A DNA stretch of 64,000 nucleotides from Octopus bimaculoides. Lineage: Eukaryota. The translations under genes were made by a program, and so were the position numbers. The stretch covers positions 82,369,673-82,433,672 of the forward strand of contig NC_068990.1 in assembly GCF_001194135.2 (NCBI RefSeq), read 5' to 3'. Position 1 is the first letter of the stretch; every line of letters starts with the position of its first letter. The notes beneath the pieces are model-generated. The model did no database searches and was not told the DNA's origin. It saw only the letters and a list, made by a program, of their open reading frames with translations. Shown in pieces: positions 25,831 through 37,891 of the stretch.

Positions 25831-26383
25831 TAGTGAAAGAGGAAGAAAGAAAGAAATGGAACGAAAGAGGAAGAGAGAAAATGTGCCCGACCTCCCATGC
25901 TGCACTCGTATTGCAGCTGACAAGCTATCATTAGTCATTGATTTCATTGTTGCTCCAGTATGACCAGTGTTGGTGAAGTTCTTCTGCCCTTCAGCTCTCG
26001 TATCTTGAGAATTCCACTTGGTCAGTGGGTAAGAGGCTGTACACCTCTGCCCGGACGATGTGAGTGCTTAAAAACAATTAGCGAGAGTTTGGAACATGCT
26101 ACCAAAGTTTGCCTCAATTGCGAGTGATAACAGCAATGTTATAATTATCCATCCATCTGTTCATACCTCCATCAAACCATTGCTCTATCCATACACATAT
26201 ACATCCATACACATCCATACACATATACATACAACTACACAGACACGCGCACGCTTTGCACGCGCGCATGCACTCACCCATGAATGCATACATGGATATA
26301 CAAAGTACCGACTTAGCAGCATTAAAGGCCCCTGGGAAAATCAGTGTACAGGGCCCTATAGTATTTCTTTATTGACACTAAAC

Positions 26384-26521
26384 CAGTGCCCCACAACCTT
26401 TTTGCACTTGCGGTACACTTATATTCTTTTCAAAATTCGGCGGCATACATCTGGCATCGTCACATCTGGCATCGTCCCGTAGTACACCGGTGTGCCACGG
26501 TATACCGGTTGAGAAGCACTG
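26384..26521. mobile_element. hAT (Charlie-like) MITE, 138 bp
   Basis: TIRs CAGTGCCCCACAACC / GGTTGAGAAGCACTG. 8-bp flanks cactaaac / cactaagc (7/8 TSD match). Internal 14-bp tandem acatctggcatcgt x2. Confidence 0.75.
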
Positions 26522-26707
26522 CACTAAGCCACGGAATACAAATATCAGAATTGAGATTCTGTATCCTTGAGACATCCGAGTAACTACTAACCAATGTGCC
26601 TATGTCTTAAGACGGAACTGGATGTACATACGCATACATATATACCCATGTATACCTTTATATATATGTATACATACATATATACATACAAAAATAGATA
26701 TTATAAC

Positions 26708-26952
26708 TTAGGATATCTAAGAGATACCATCACGCCGGAAATAGCAGTCAAAGCTTGATAAAATCGGTATTTAAATATCGATCTTATCCTTATTTATATA
26801 AATTCATATATTTATTTCGTCATTATATTCACTGCGGTGAAACTTCTGACCATATCGGACGAGGAGATTTTAGGCGGGCAATTTAAACTGATCGTGTGCA
26901 TACGTGCATATATATGTATGAATACGTTCGTATATGTAAATGTATCGTATGT

Positions 26953-26999
<47 letters not shown>

Positions 27000-27326
27000 A
27001 TATATATATATTTGTATTCATGTGCTTTTCTGAGTATACTCCACTGATGAGGCAAAGCATTTCTTATGCAGAGCCAGAAATCCGGGATCTGGAATTATCC
27101 AGTAATTTTTGCTAGTTCATTTTGTCTCTTCGTCTTCTCTCCTGGTGTTATATGAACATTTGTTGTGGTTTTATAGTCAAGCTTTGATTGCTGTTTCCTG
27201 CGTGGTGGTATCTCTTAGATACCCTAAATTTTAAAATAATTATTACCTTTGATGGTTTTTATTCTCATGCTGGCTACTTGTTAAAATCGGTATTTAAATA
27301 TCGATCTTATTCTTATTTATACAAAT
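26708..27326 (+). mobile_element. Penelope-like non-autonomous element or pLTR remnant carrying the hammerhead motif
   Basis: 51-bp inverted repeat (26708-26758 vs 27177-27227, 46/51 identical), 45-bp direct repeat (26759-26803 vs 27282-27326, 2 mismatches), internal (TA)n and hammerhead motif. Confidence 0.5.
27037..27095 (+). ncRNA. Minimal type-I hammerhead ribozyme motif, Penelope-associated type, with one extra A before GAAA
   Basis: TCCA (helix I) - CTGATGA (27044-27050) - GGC-aaa-GCAT-ttctt-ATGC-aga-GCC (helix II) - A - GAAA (27077-27080) - TCC-G-GGA (near-palindromic helix III) - TC (AUC triplet, cut after 27089) - TGGA (helix I). Confidence 0.6.
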
Positions 27327-30189
27327 ATAGGTAGATAGATTGCTAGAGAGATACCTTAACAGACAGACAGTTTAGTAGGTATATAGATAAATGGAAAGAG
27401 AGATAGATTATTAGACAAATAGACGGATTATTATAGTTGCGGTCGGGCTTTCCGTGTTTCCAAGAATTTCAATATGTTTTTGATTGAGTCGTTCCTCAAT
27501 GCTGATGGCGTTGATGAGTGAGAATAACCCACGCATGAAATGGGTAGGAACAAAGATAGCAAGTGAGATTAAGCAGGGGCTGTCGTTGTCGTTGTTGTTG
27601 CATCTTGCATTCTTTGCCATTTTCATCAACTTTTGTTGTTCTTATGACTTCAGAAAAGAAAATTCCGATGGCGAGAAACTGAAATCATTTGGAGCGATAG
27701 TAGATTTCAGTTTCCCCACCTGCTTCTCTCAATTTCAGCCAGTTTGAGAGTTGACTTTAGTTGGCTTTTGTAATGGCGGAAAGAAAAATACATACATACA
27801 TACATACATGCATACATACATGCATACATACATACATACATACATACATGCATACATACATACATACATACATACATACATAAACACATAAATACATATG
27901 CATGCATCTAGACATAAAAACGCATCCATAAAACAAACATACAAATCTGCGCATACACTAACACCAAATACTGCACACACACACATATGCACAAATACCT
28001 AGATGATGTTGATAAAAGTTCCAATGAAGGAGCCTTGAATCTATGTTAGAGTCCGGCTCTTTCTCTATGGACAAGAAATACAGAAATGAAACTGATTGAT
28101 AACATACATACATGGCCATCACTGAAAAAATACCTTATCCAGCACTGCCTTTGCTGTAATTTTAAGTTAAAAACAGCTTACACGACATCACTAAGACTTT
28201 CACCTACAAAACAAGAAGTCCAGAAACAAACAGAAGCTTTGCAATGAGGTGGTTGTGATTTCGGAGTTTCCTTCTCCGAGATGGATGTCTAACCAAATTC
28301 GAGGGGTCTCTAACTCGTAGCTGTTTGAAGGCCGTTGGTTCTACTGTGTTATTACGTCCTTTGACAGGTACTTATTTTTTATCCAACCGGGTGTCCAATG
28401 AAAACCACCCCACTCAAGAAGCAGGCTTAGTTTGGTTTCTGGCTTAGTTACCAGCGGTTACCTAACACAAATACATACAAAATAATACATACATACATAC
28501 ATACATACATACGAACATACAAACATACATACATGAATACACATATGCATATATACTTATATATACGTATATGTATATATATACATGTATGTGTACGTGT
28601 GTGTGTGTGTGTGTACGTGTGTACGTGTGTGTGTGTGTGTGTGTACTACATACACCTATAGTGTGTATATTAGTGAACTGCTACTATTCTACCATCATTC
28701 TGAATTTGAGTAGTTGTATGAATATCCTCAATCACTTCATTCTTTCTCCATTGTCATTGGTTTCTCCGACTCACTTCAGCCGAAAGATGTCACATATGAA
28801 GATTGCTATCAAGACAGTCAGTGAATTATAATGTATTCTTTCGTTGTCAACAAACAAATCCTGTCACTCTTCCCGCCGGAATTGCTGCAATTACTATCAA
28901 TTGATCTACACCAGAGCACTGGCTACAGCTGTTACGAATTATCGCACTAATTAACGCTAAATTTCGCTTTATGTGGTTGATTTTCCTCTAGGGTAGGAGT
29001 TGATGTATAAAATGAATTAAATGATTGGACGAAGTAAAAGGATGCAATGGCTCTGAGATACGTCATATGTCATCCATGTAGATGTAAAATTTAAACGTGT
29101 TACCGTTCAGATCGTTTCGATGAAGAAAGAGACAAAAATGTAGACGGGAAAACGTTTATTACTTCCTTCCTTTCAAAGAAAATTACTTAGATCAAGATAG
29201 TGATGAAGTTTCTATGTGGTCATTCGAACTGCTTGAAACATACACCAAATCACTCTGAAGTCATCGCCTCCGTCTTAAAATTTTCTGCAAATGAATTCTC
29301 AATGTTCCCAGCTTGACAGAACTCCGACGGTAAATGTGTTCGTTGAGTGTTCACCTCAGGTAAACCGCAGCACTATAACGAACTTCTTCATCATCAAATC
29401 CGCTACTGTTGCTATTACTACTGCAACGACTTCCACCTCAATTACATTATCAATAACCACATTAGCAGTCACTACATATATTAGAACCAGTGCAAAAGTA
29501 TTTACGTGGTCGTCCAACCTACTAAAAACAGCAACCAGTCCTCCTCAATTACTGTCTCAAAGGGAGGGCGTAATGAAAAATTGGTACCAGATATATGATG
29601 TCTGTGAAAAAGGAAAAAAAAAAAAAAACGAGTAATTATAGCTATAATGTATCAGACCCAAATCTGCCCGACCGAAGCTGAAATGTAGTTGCTTCGCACA
29701 TGAGTTCACATTTGCCGTTTCTGAGCTGAAGTCTTAAGCTCATAACAGTGGAGGATTATTAGAAAAATTTCATGAGATTGAGTTCATATACCCTGTGCAT
29801 ATCGTATCTCGTTTGTTGAATTCGGAACTTAGTTTATAATATGTCTCACTATCTATAATGCTACTATATATATATTTCCTGTTACCTCCCACCAGGTGAC
29901 ACATAAGCCTTTATCGAGAACAGGGCATGATAATACTGGTATATAAATCTGATTTATTTGTGTTATATACCTATGCATGTATATGCATGTGCATGTGTGA
30001 GTGTATGAGTAGGTATCTACGTACGTCTGTATGTATGTGTGTATGTGTGTGTATGTATGTATGTATGTATTATGTATGTGATGAAAGGTCCTTCTCAAGT
30101 CTACAGCTCAGAAGCCCTATGGCGTGTCGATTTCCCCGTTGGACTGGATAGCTGTTAGTCGCGAGTGGCGTGGACCAACGTGATATGAG

Positions 30190-30290
30190 CTGTTTTGCTC
30201 ATGAACATCAACCCATTGCCCAGTCTAGGCATCGAAACCACAATCTTACGATCATAATTGCAACACCTTAACCACGAAGCCACATACCTC
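30190..30290 (-). mobile_element. tRNA-derived SINE head, diverged
   Basis: Minus strand: tggcttcgtggttaagg...gtggtttcgatgcc...tgttcatgagcaaaaca. Confidence 0.55.
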
Positions 30291-30913
30291 CACACACACA
30301 CAGACACTCCTAAGCATGAACACTTATATGTATTCGTATATATATATATATATATCAAATACATTTATATGTAAGCTAGGTGCATATATGTATATATAAA
30401 TACATGCATATAGTTACATAATGAGTTTGTTGTATGATGATGAGGAAGACCGATTACACTTGAGTTCTTTCGGCTGCTGCTGCTGCTGTTTGTGCTGTTG
30501 CAGCTATTCCTGTTATTGTAGTTGATGCTATTGTACGGCTTGTGTTGCGAATCAAGAAGCTGCTCACACCACGGAGACTACCACCACCACCACCATCACC
30601 ACCACCACCACCACCACCACNNNNNNNNNNNNNNNNNNNNNNNNNNNNNNNNNNNNNNNNNNNNNNNNNNNNNNNNNNNNNNNNNNNNNNNNNNNNNNNN
30701 NNNNNNNNNNNNNNNNNNNNNNNNNNNNNNNNNNNNNNNNNNNNNNNNNNNNNNNNNNNNNNNNNNNNNNNNNNNNNNNNNNNNNNNNNNNNNNNNNNNN
30801 NNNNNNNNNNNNNNNNNNNNNNNNNNNNNNNNNNNNNCACCATCACCACCAACACCACCACTACCGCCACTACCACCACCACTGCTTCCGCTACCACCAC
30901 CACCACCACCACC

Positions 30914-30984
<71 letters not shown>

Positions 30985-31561
30985 GCTTCCTAGAAGGCTG
31001 CTGTTAATTTCTAGAAACTCAAATACTTGACTGGTCCTTTTTCGTATTGTCCCCGAAAGCTGAATGTCAAGCTATTCCAGCGAGATTGAAATGCAGAACA
31101 TCAATCATGACTTTGCATTCGATTTAATCAATCGCCCCACATACAGCTAGAATTTGTTTTATTGTTTCTTCGAAGATGAAAGCAACGTTCTCCCCTTATA
31201 TGAGGATTGAAATGAAATCAAAAAGAGACAGCGCATACAACATGTATTGTGAAGCATTCTTAACTTTCTGCCTCACATATTGAATAAGAAGAAAAAATAT
31301 AACAACGACCGTGGTTCTCATCAACAACAACAGCTACAACAACGATGCATGCAATGAAGGTGCCACTACATAGCTACACTATATGCTGGAAAATCGCAAC
31401 CGAATATTTTTCAGATTAAACCCTACCATCTTAAAAACGAAAGAATACATTGATTTGTCCAAAATGGCTATTATGTGGCTGAACAATAGCAACGGCAATA
31501 ACAAAAAATACTACTACTACTGCTACTACTACTATTACTGCTGCTGCTGCAACTACTACTG

Positions 31562-31596
<35 letters not shown>

Positions 31597-32226
31597 TCTA
31601 CTACTACTACTAAACGGAGAGCTCTCAGAAATCGGAAATAAATGATATTATCCAACGAATACGGAAATATTAGAACGGGCTAAACACTTGAATTAAAGCA
31701 TGAAATACCTACACACATTATACTTGCATCTACAAAGAAATGTTATACACAAAGACAACAAAAGAAACACACAGAGTTACGCACGTGTACTTAGCTGATT
31801 ATAAATACATGTAATTACGTAATAATATTTTGTCAAATAAGCACCTGCTTATATTCCATTTCCACATTCGTTAAATAGTATCTTGAAGATACTGAAGTAG
31901 CAAACAAATGCAGACAATCGCTAACACGGGCCATCGTGTATATAGAAAAAAAAAAATGGAAAGAATAAAGGGATGTTTTTCTATAGAAGAGCATCAATCA
32001 ATTGGTAATAGATATTAAATGTAAACAAAATGTTAGTTATATTTTATAGCAGCAAAAATTGAGTAATTAAAAAAAAAAGAGATAATGATGGAAATATCAA
32101 AAATGGAAGTCTCGAATATAAATTAATCACTCCCGGGGAAGGGTTAAAATTTGCTAGTGAAAAACCTTAACCATCTGCAGAGAATACCCGAAACGATTAT
32201 AAATGTATAAATAAATAAATACCCCA

Positions 32227-32337
32227 GGCGCAGGAGTGGCTGTGTGGTACCTTGGGCAAGTGTCTTCTACTATAGCCACGGGCCGACCATAGTCTTCTGA
32301 GTGGATTTGGTAGACGGAAACTGAAAGAAGCCCGTCG

Positions 32338-32386
<49 letters not shown>

Positions 32387-32750
32387 TATTTCTTTACTAC
32401 CCACAAGGGGCTACACACAGAGGGGACAAACAAGGACAGACAAACGGATTAAGTGGATTATACCGACCCCAGTGCGTAACTGGTACTTATTTAATCGACC
32501 CCGAAAGGATGAAANNNNNNNNNNTGTGTGTGTGTTTGTGTATCTGTGTTTGTTCCCCACCCCCAACATCGCTTGACAACCGATGCTGGTGTGTTTACGT
32601 CCCCGTTACATTAGTGGTTCGGCAAAAAGAGACCGATAGAATAAGTACTAGGCTTATAAAGAATAAGTCCTGGGGCCGATTCTCTCGACTAAAGGCGGTG
32701 CTCCAGCATGGCCGCAGTCAAATGACTGAAGCAAATAAAAGAGTAAAATA
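32227..32750 (+). mobile_element. Composite SINE family B with a head deletion and a nested SINE
   Basis: ggcgcaggagtggctgtgtggta|ccttgggcaag junction; second module at 32525-32750. Confidence 0.85.
32386..32514 (-). mobile_element. SINE with the family A core but a different 3' tail, nested in a family B copy
   Basis: Minus strand reads tttcatcctttcggggtcgattaaataagtaccagttacgcactggggtcgg, then an unrelated tail ...cccctctgtgtgtagccccttgtgggtagtaaagaaataa. The 5' part falls in a 10-N gap. Confidence 0.75.
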
Positions 32751-33061
32751 GTAATACTGCTGAAATCAGTCAGCATCCTACAGAAGGGAGCTGAATAGCA
32801 ATTTAATATAAACCACAGAGGATGCATTTCATACGGATTTATACTAGAGAAAGATCTGGAGTAATAAATGAGTTTAACTAAATTTCAATGTGGTCAAGAG
32901 AAATTTCCATTGAATATTTATGGTTATTTTGTAAATGTGATAAAACAGCTTTAAGAAAAAGCCCCCCAAAAGGATTTGATTGTTAACTATCGGTATAAAA
33001 GTTTTACTGTTTATTTGTAAACTCATATCTAGGAACATATTAATATATTTCATTTCAAATT

Positions 33062-33258
33062 TTGGCACAAGGCTAGCACTTCCACGAGGTGGATAGGTCG
33101 ATTATATCAACCCCAGTACTCAACTGGTACTTGTTTTATCGACCCCGAAAGGATGAAAAGCAAAGTCGAACTTGGAGGAATTTGAACTCAGAATGTAAAG
33201 ACGAAATACCACAAAGAATTTTGCCGAAATGTTAACGATTCTGCCAGCTCGCCGCCTT
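33062..33258 (-). mobile_element. SINE family A, full length
   Basis: ggcacaagg...ccccagtactcaactggtacttgttttatcgaccccgaaaggatgaaa...ctgccagctcgccgcct. Confidence 0.85.
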
Positions 33259-33494
33259 ATAGAAACATATTAATATATTAAGCTGACTGTTATTAACAGT
33301 AAAAATTCTAACATCAAAGACACATGGCAAAAAACAAGCGGCTAATTGCATGTTAAATTGTACGATATAATGTGTATAGAGTTTTTCAGAGCCTGTTCTT
33401 TCAGAGTCATTGCGGTAGTCACATAGTCGTTACAGCCGAGCAAAGAGCGAGGAACATAATAGATTGAGTATATGTTAAGCAACAACTAATCAGC

Positions 33495-33665
33495 AAAACA
33501 GGCGACAGAAGAGTGACGGAAGAGAATGAATTTGGTTATAGTCTGGCTGGATTATCCGAACGTTCCTCATCTGAAGCTCTTTGGTATTTGACTTGCTAAA
33601 GTTCAAGAGACGATAATGGAAGCCATAGAAAAATGGTTTAACGTTAGTCTGACCAACCTGATATG
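33495..33665 (+). mobile_element. Possible short decayed RTE-type RT fragment
   Basis: EENEFGYS...RSSSEALWYL / KVQE resembles E.QFGF..GRST.DAIF.L..LQE. Contains a frameshift and is short. Confidence 0.25.
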
Positions 33666-35188
33666 AAATCCAGAAAATGATTGGATTTTCTTTCATATAA
33701 AGTATTGCAGAAATATAGTTCAAGCAGACAGTCTCCTGCTCTGTACTGTTTATAATACTTATCCTATCAGCGAACTCTTATCATTTTGTGAAGGAAGTCT
33801 GAAGTGTATGTGCTTGGCTCACCGGAAGTCAGAAACACCAGATAACCTCTATACGAAAAAACTAGACATATATACAAAACATTTCAGCGATACGTAAAAC
33901 CTCGCTGACCTGATTAACATTTTTATTCGATATAGAGAAATCTACAGTTAATACACCCAGACATAAAGTTTGGATTTATAGCTATGTACTTCAGTATGTA
34001 CATAACGAACTACTTTATTACTAATCTAGAATATCTCAGTTTCACAAAACCAAAATAGTCGTAACTAACTAGACATATAGAACTAGAAGCCATTAAAAGA
34101 ACTATAAAAATATATTAAAACCATTCTAAAAGCTTAACTTATATTACACACATGTACATACTATAGTATTTACGTGTACACGAATGTAGACATTCATATT
34201 CATCCAGCAAATGTCACCTAAACATGTACACAGGCGTAAGTGCAAACGTATGCAGTCATTTAATTGATGAGCATGCTGCTTTAGTAGACAACTGCATGTG
34301 TCCCATTATTATCCATGAATAGGTAGATGTTATATACATCCATCCATACATACAAACACACACATACATGTATGAACCAATATGTAGTTTGTAAATTCAG
34401 ATGTATATGATCATGTGATATGCACATTGCAGCGAACTCAGATGTAGAGCCCTCGCAATGTTTTAGAAACCTCTATTTTACTCCTGATCGACTGTATTCG
34501 GTGTATATCAGACAGAGTTGTTTTTTTTTTTTCAATAAGACACTAACTTTGATGCATTTATGTAAGTCTGTTGTTATATAACCCAGTGCATCTATGGAAA
34601 TAAGTACAAAAAAAAATCTATAGATTGGTAGTCTTTGAAATTTAAATTTTCCCGAGAGAAGCTTAATTATCGAGTAGATAATGGCTTATTAGTAACTATT
34701 CATTGATTCTAGAAAAATCTGATCAGGTGCCTGGCTCCATATATATATATATATATATATATATNNNNNNNNNNNNNNNNNNNNNNNNNNNNNNNNNNNN
34801 NNNNNNNNNNNNNNNNNNNNNNNNNNNNNNNNNNNNNNNNNNNNNNNNNNNNNNNNNNNNNNNNNNNNNNNNNNNNNNNNNNNNNNNNNNNNNNNNNNNN
34901 NNNNNNNNNNNNNNNNNNNNNNNNNNNNNNNNNNNNNNNNNNNNNNNNNNNNNNNNNNNNNNNNNNNNNNNNNNNNNNNNNNNNNNNNNNNNNNNNNNNN
35001 NNNNNNNNNNNNNNNNNNNNNNNNNNNNNNNNNNNNNNNNNNNNNNNNNNNNNNNNNNNNNNNNNNNNNNNNNNNNNNNNNNNNNNNNNNNNNNNNNNNN
35101 NNNNNNNNNNNNTATATATATAAATATGTATATCTACACTCATGTATGTATGTATGTATGTATGTGTATACGTGTGCATGTGAATGTG

Positions 35189-35233
<45 letters not shown>

Positions 35234-35919
35234 AAGTGCTTATTTAGCACGGATAAATCGGACCAAACTAATATCAATCATTTTACGTTTGGGATTTCAG
35301 AGGTTCATAAAATTTATTCCAACTACATTAATGGTCGAAATAAAATGAAGTAGTTACCATCCAGCATCGAGGCTCGTCTTTTTTCTTAGCTCTATGCAGT
35401 GCTAGGTATGTTACCTACCAGCCTTAAAAATGATTATTTACTTTATCAGTATTTGCCGTTTGGTTTCACAGCAGTGTTATTGCGTTATCAAACATCAGTT
35501 ACGAACTCAGACTTCTGACATTTTCAATGTTAAAGCTTCCCCACCGTCCACTTTCTCGTAATATACTCTTACAAATATTCAGTTTCACTTAGACACAAGG
35601 GATTTAAAAGCTTCCATTTCATCTTTAATTCATATCATTTCGTAATTTTAGTTTGCGCTTAGCTTTATCCTTTTCTCTCAGGATAAATGTATTTCAGCAT
35701 CATTTTCCACTTCAGTTTGAAGACAGTTATTGTTGAAACACAATGATATATGGGATACATAAGAGTGATTTTTCTTTTAAAGTATATCATATTACGGTGT
35801 AAACGCTGTAAAACCAAATGGTTTAGAAGTTCACTTCACAGCTATGAATTCCCGGATTCAATCCTAATTCATGGAATCTTGGAAAAAATTTTTTTTTCCT
35901 ATATTCTTTTCTACTCAGA

Positions 35920-36205
35920 CGAAATACCGCTAAGCATTTCGCCCGGCGTGCTAACGTTTCTGCCAGCTCGCCGCCTTGGAAACAAGTGTATATTCCTTTC
36001 TACTCTAGACACAAAGCCCTAATTTTTGCAGGAGGGTGCGAGTCGATTAGATCGACCCCAGTACACGACTGGTGCTTAATTTATCGACCCTCGAAACGAT
36101 GAAAGGGAAGTTGACCTCAGCGGAATTTGAGCGGAGAACGTAAAGACAGACGAAGTACCGCTAAGCATTTCGCCCGGCGTGCTAACGTTTCTGCCAGCTC
36201 ACCAC
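35920..36205 (-). mobile_element. SINE family A: duplicated head (35920-35978) plus full copy (35990-36205)
   Basis: Two near-identical taccgctaagcatttcgcccggcgtgctaacgtttctgccagctc segments. Confidence 0.85.
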
Positions 36206-36449
36206 CTCACTTCGGAGTTGATATTGTATGTCTTCTACCCGGGTTCGGTAAATGGATGTGTCAATCAAATACCCTACAACGGCATGCCTCGGTCATAGAT
36301 TTGGTGGTGGTGGTGGTGGCGGTGGTGGTGTGGGAATAGTGGATTAAAGTATTACTATGCTTGGTATGCTCGTTAATCTCTGAATGATGGAAACGAAAAT
36401 CAGTCACGAAGAGTATAGACTCAGAAACTTCAGGGGCGTTACTAAACGC

Positions 36450-37450
36450 ACCTGTCTGGTTCTGTCAAAAGGTTATCCTTCCTATTATCGTNNNNNNNNN
36501 NNNNNNNNNNNNNNNNNNNNNNNNNNNNNNNNNNNNNNNNNNNNNNNNNNNNNNNNNNNNNNNNNNNNACCAGCACACACCCCCACCACCACCAATACCC
36601 CCCCACCACCACCACCACCACAACAACAACAACAACGGGAGAAGATTCTCGTCTCTCTCCAGTTATCCGTTGTCATTTGACCGGTTTGAAATTTCGGCTA
36701 AATTTCTTTCAAACCGCAGACTATCTTTTCTTTTTTTAAAAGAACAAAAGTCAGTGCTATTTGCTATACAATGTGTAAACAACCGATGGAGTGGTCACTG
36801 CTGGAAATTCCTTCATTCACACGTCTGCTCGATCCGATCAGAGTCGACTTGGTGTTAAAGAACAACAACGACGACTATGACAAACACAAGATCAGCGTCA
36901 ACAAACTTCGACTATATTACGGAGGACAGTAATGAAACCCGTAACAATGCAGATTAAAGAGAAGAAAATATTGAATATTTCGTTCGGTTTTAATAATTCC
37001 CAATTGTTAACAGAAAATGTAATGAAATGCTAAAAATGTTAAAAAAAATATATGCAAGCCATTACAATATACGCTGGCGAAGCAGAGAGCATGGACGAGG
37101 TATGACATTAAAATCAGCCAATTACCTTTTGACAGTCTTGACGGCTGTTCATTTACGGTTTTACATGTTTGATGAAGAGTTTCTTCTTTATTCTATTGTA
37201 TTTTATTTTAAATACATTTTTGTTTGCAAGTATTCGTTGTTTCTAATGAAGGTGTTCGAACAAACTGTAATCTCTGCAATTGTTCTGCTTTTTGTAACAT
37301 GACGCTTTCGCGTATACATATTCAATAAGAAGAACAACGAAAGCAATATTCAATAGCAAGGACAAAAGCAAGCAAAGAGAAAGAACAGAAGTTAACAAAA
37401 TGGCGTCTAAACGTTATCTTGTTTAAACGTTAAGATGTTTTGTAAGGTTG
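36450..37450. promoter_or_regulatory. Candidate CpG-rich promoter region, possibly bidirectional
   Basis: Visibly raised CpG density, YY1-type motif AAAATGGCG at 37397-37405, candidate donors on both strands (+ gtaagg at 37442; - cag|gtgcgt at 36451). No transcript evidence. Confidence 0.25.
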
Positions 37451-37842
37451 TGTAATCTGTTGTGTATTGTATGAAGTAATCGTACAAAATCGCCACGCCT
37501 TCTACATGTCGTTGTCTTCTTCATTCTTTCTATCATTAATATAAATAACAGCAGCAATGACTGCAAAAACTATTATTATCTCTGTACTGGCCACAAGGGC
37601 AACAAAAGAACTAAAAAGAACTACAATATTGGGATCACAAATGTTCGAGGTGCACATGTACAAAATACATGCATACACACACATGCGAACGCGTGAGAGC
37701 ACACACACACACACACGCACACACAGATTTGTTCAAGCATATGGATGTTTCTAGATATGTATGCATATATATATATGTGTGTGTGTATAAAGCTTGAAAC
37801 ACGTGTACCGCGATATCCTTTGTGTTCTGTTTTCAATTTACG

Positions 37843-37891
<49 letters not shown>

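Noticed and set aside
27411-27747. Opposing 72-aa and 87-aa ORFs with hydrophobic stretches
   Set aside because: No recognisable domain, no convincing splice sites, and short.
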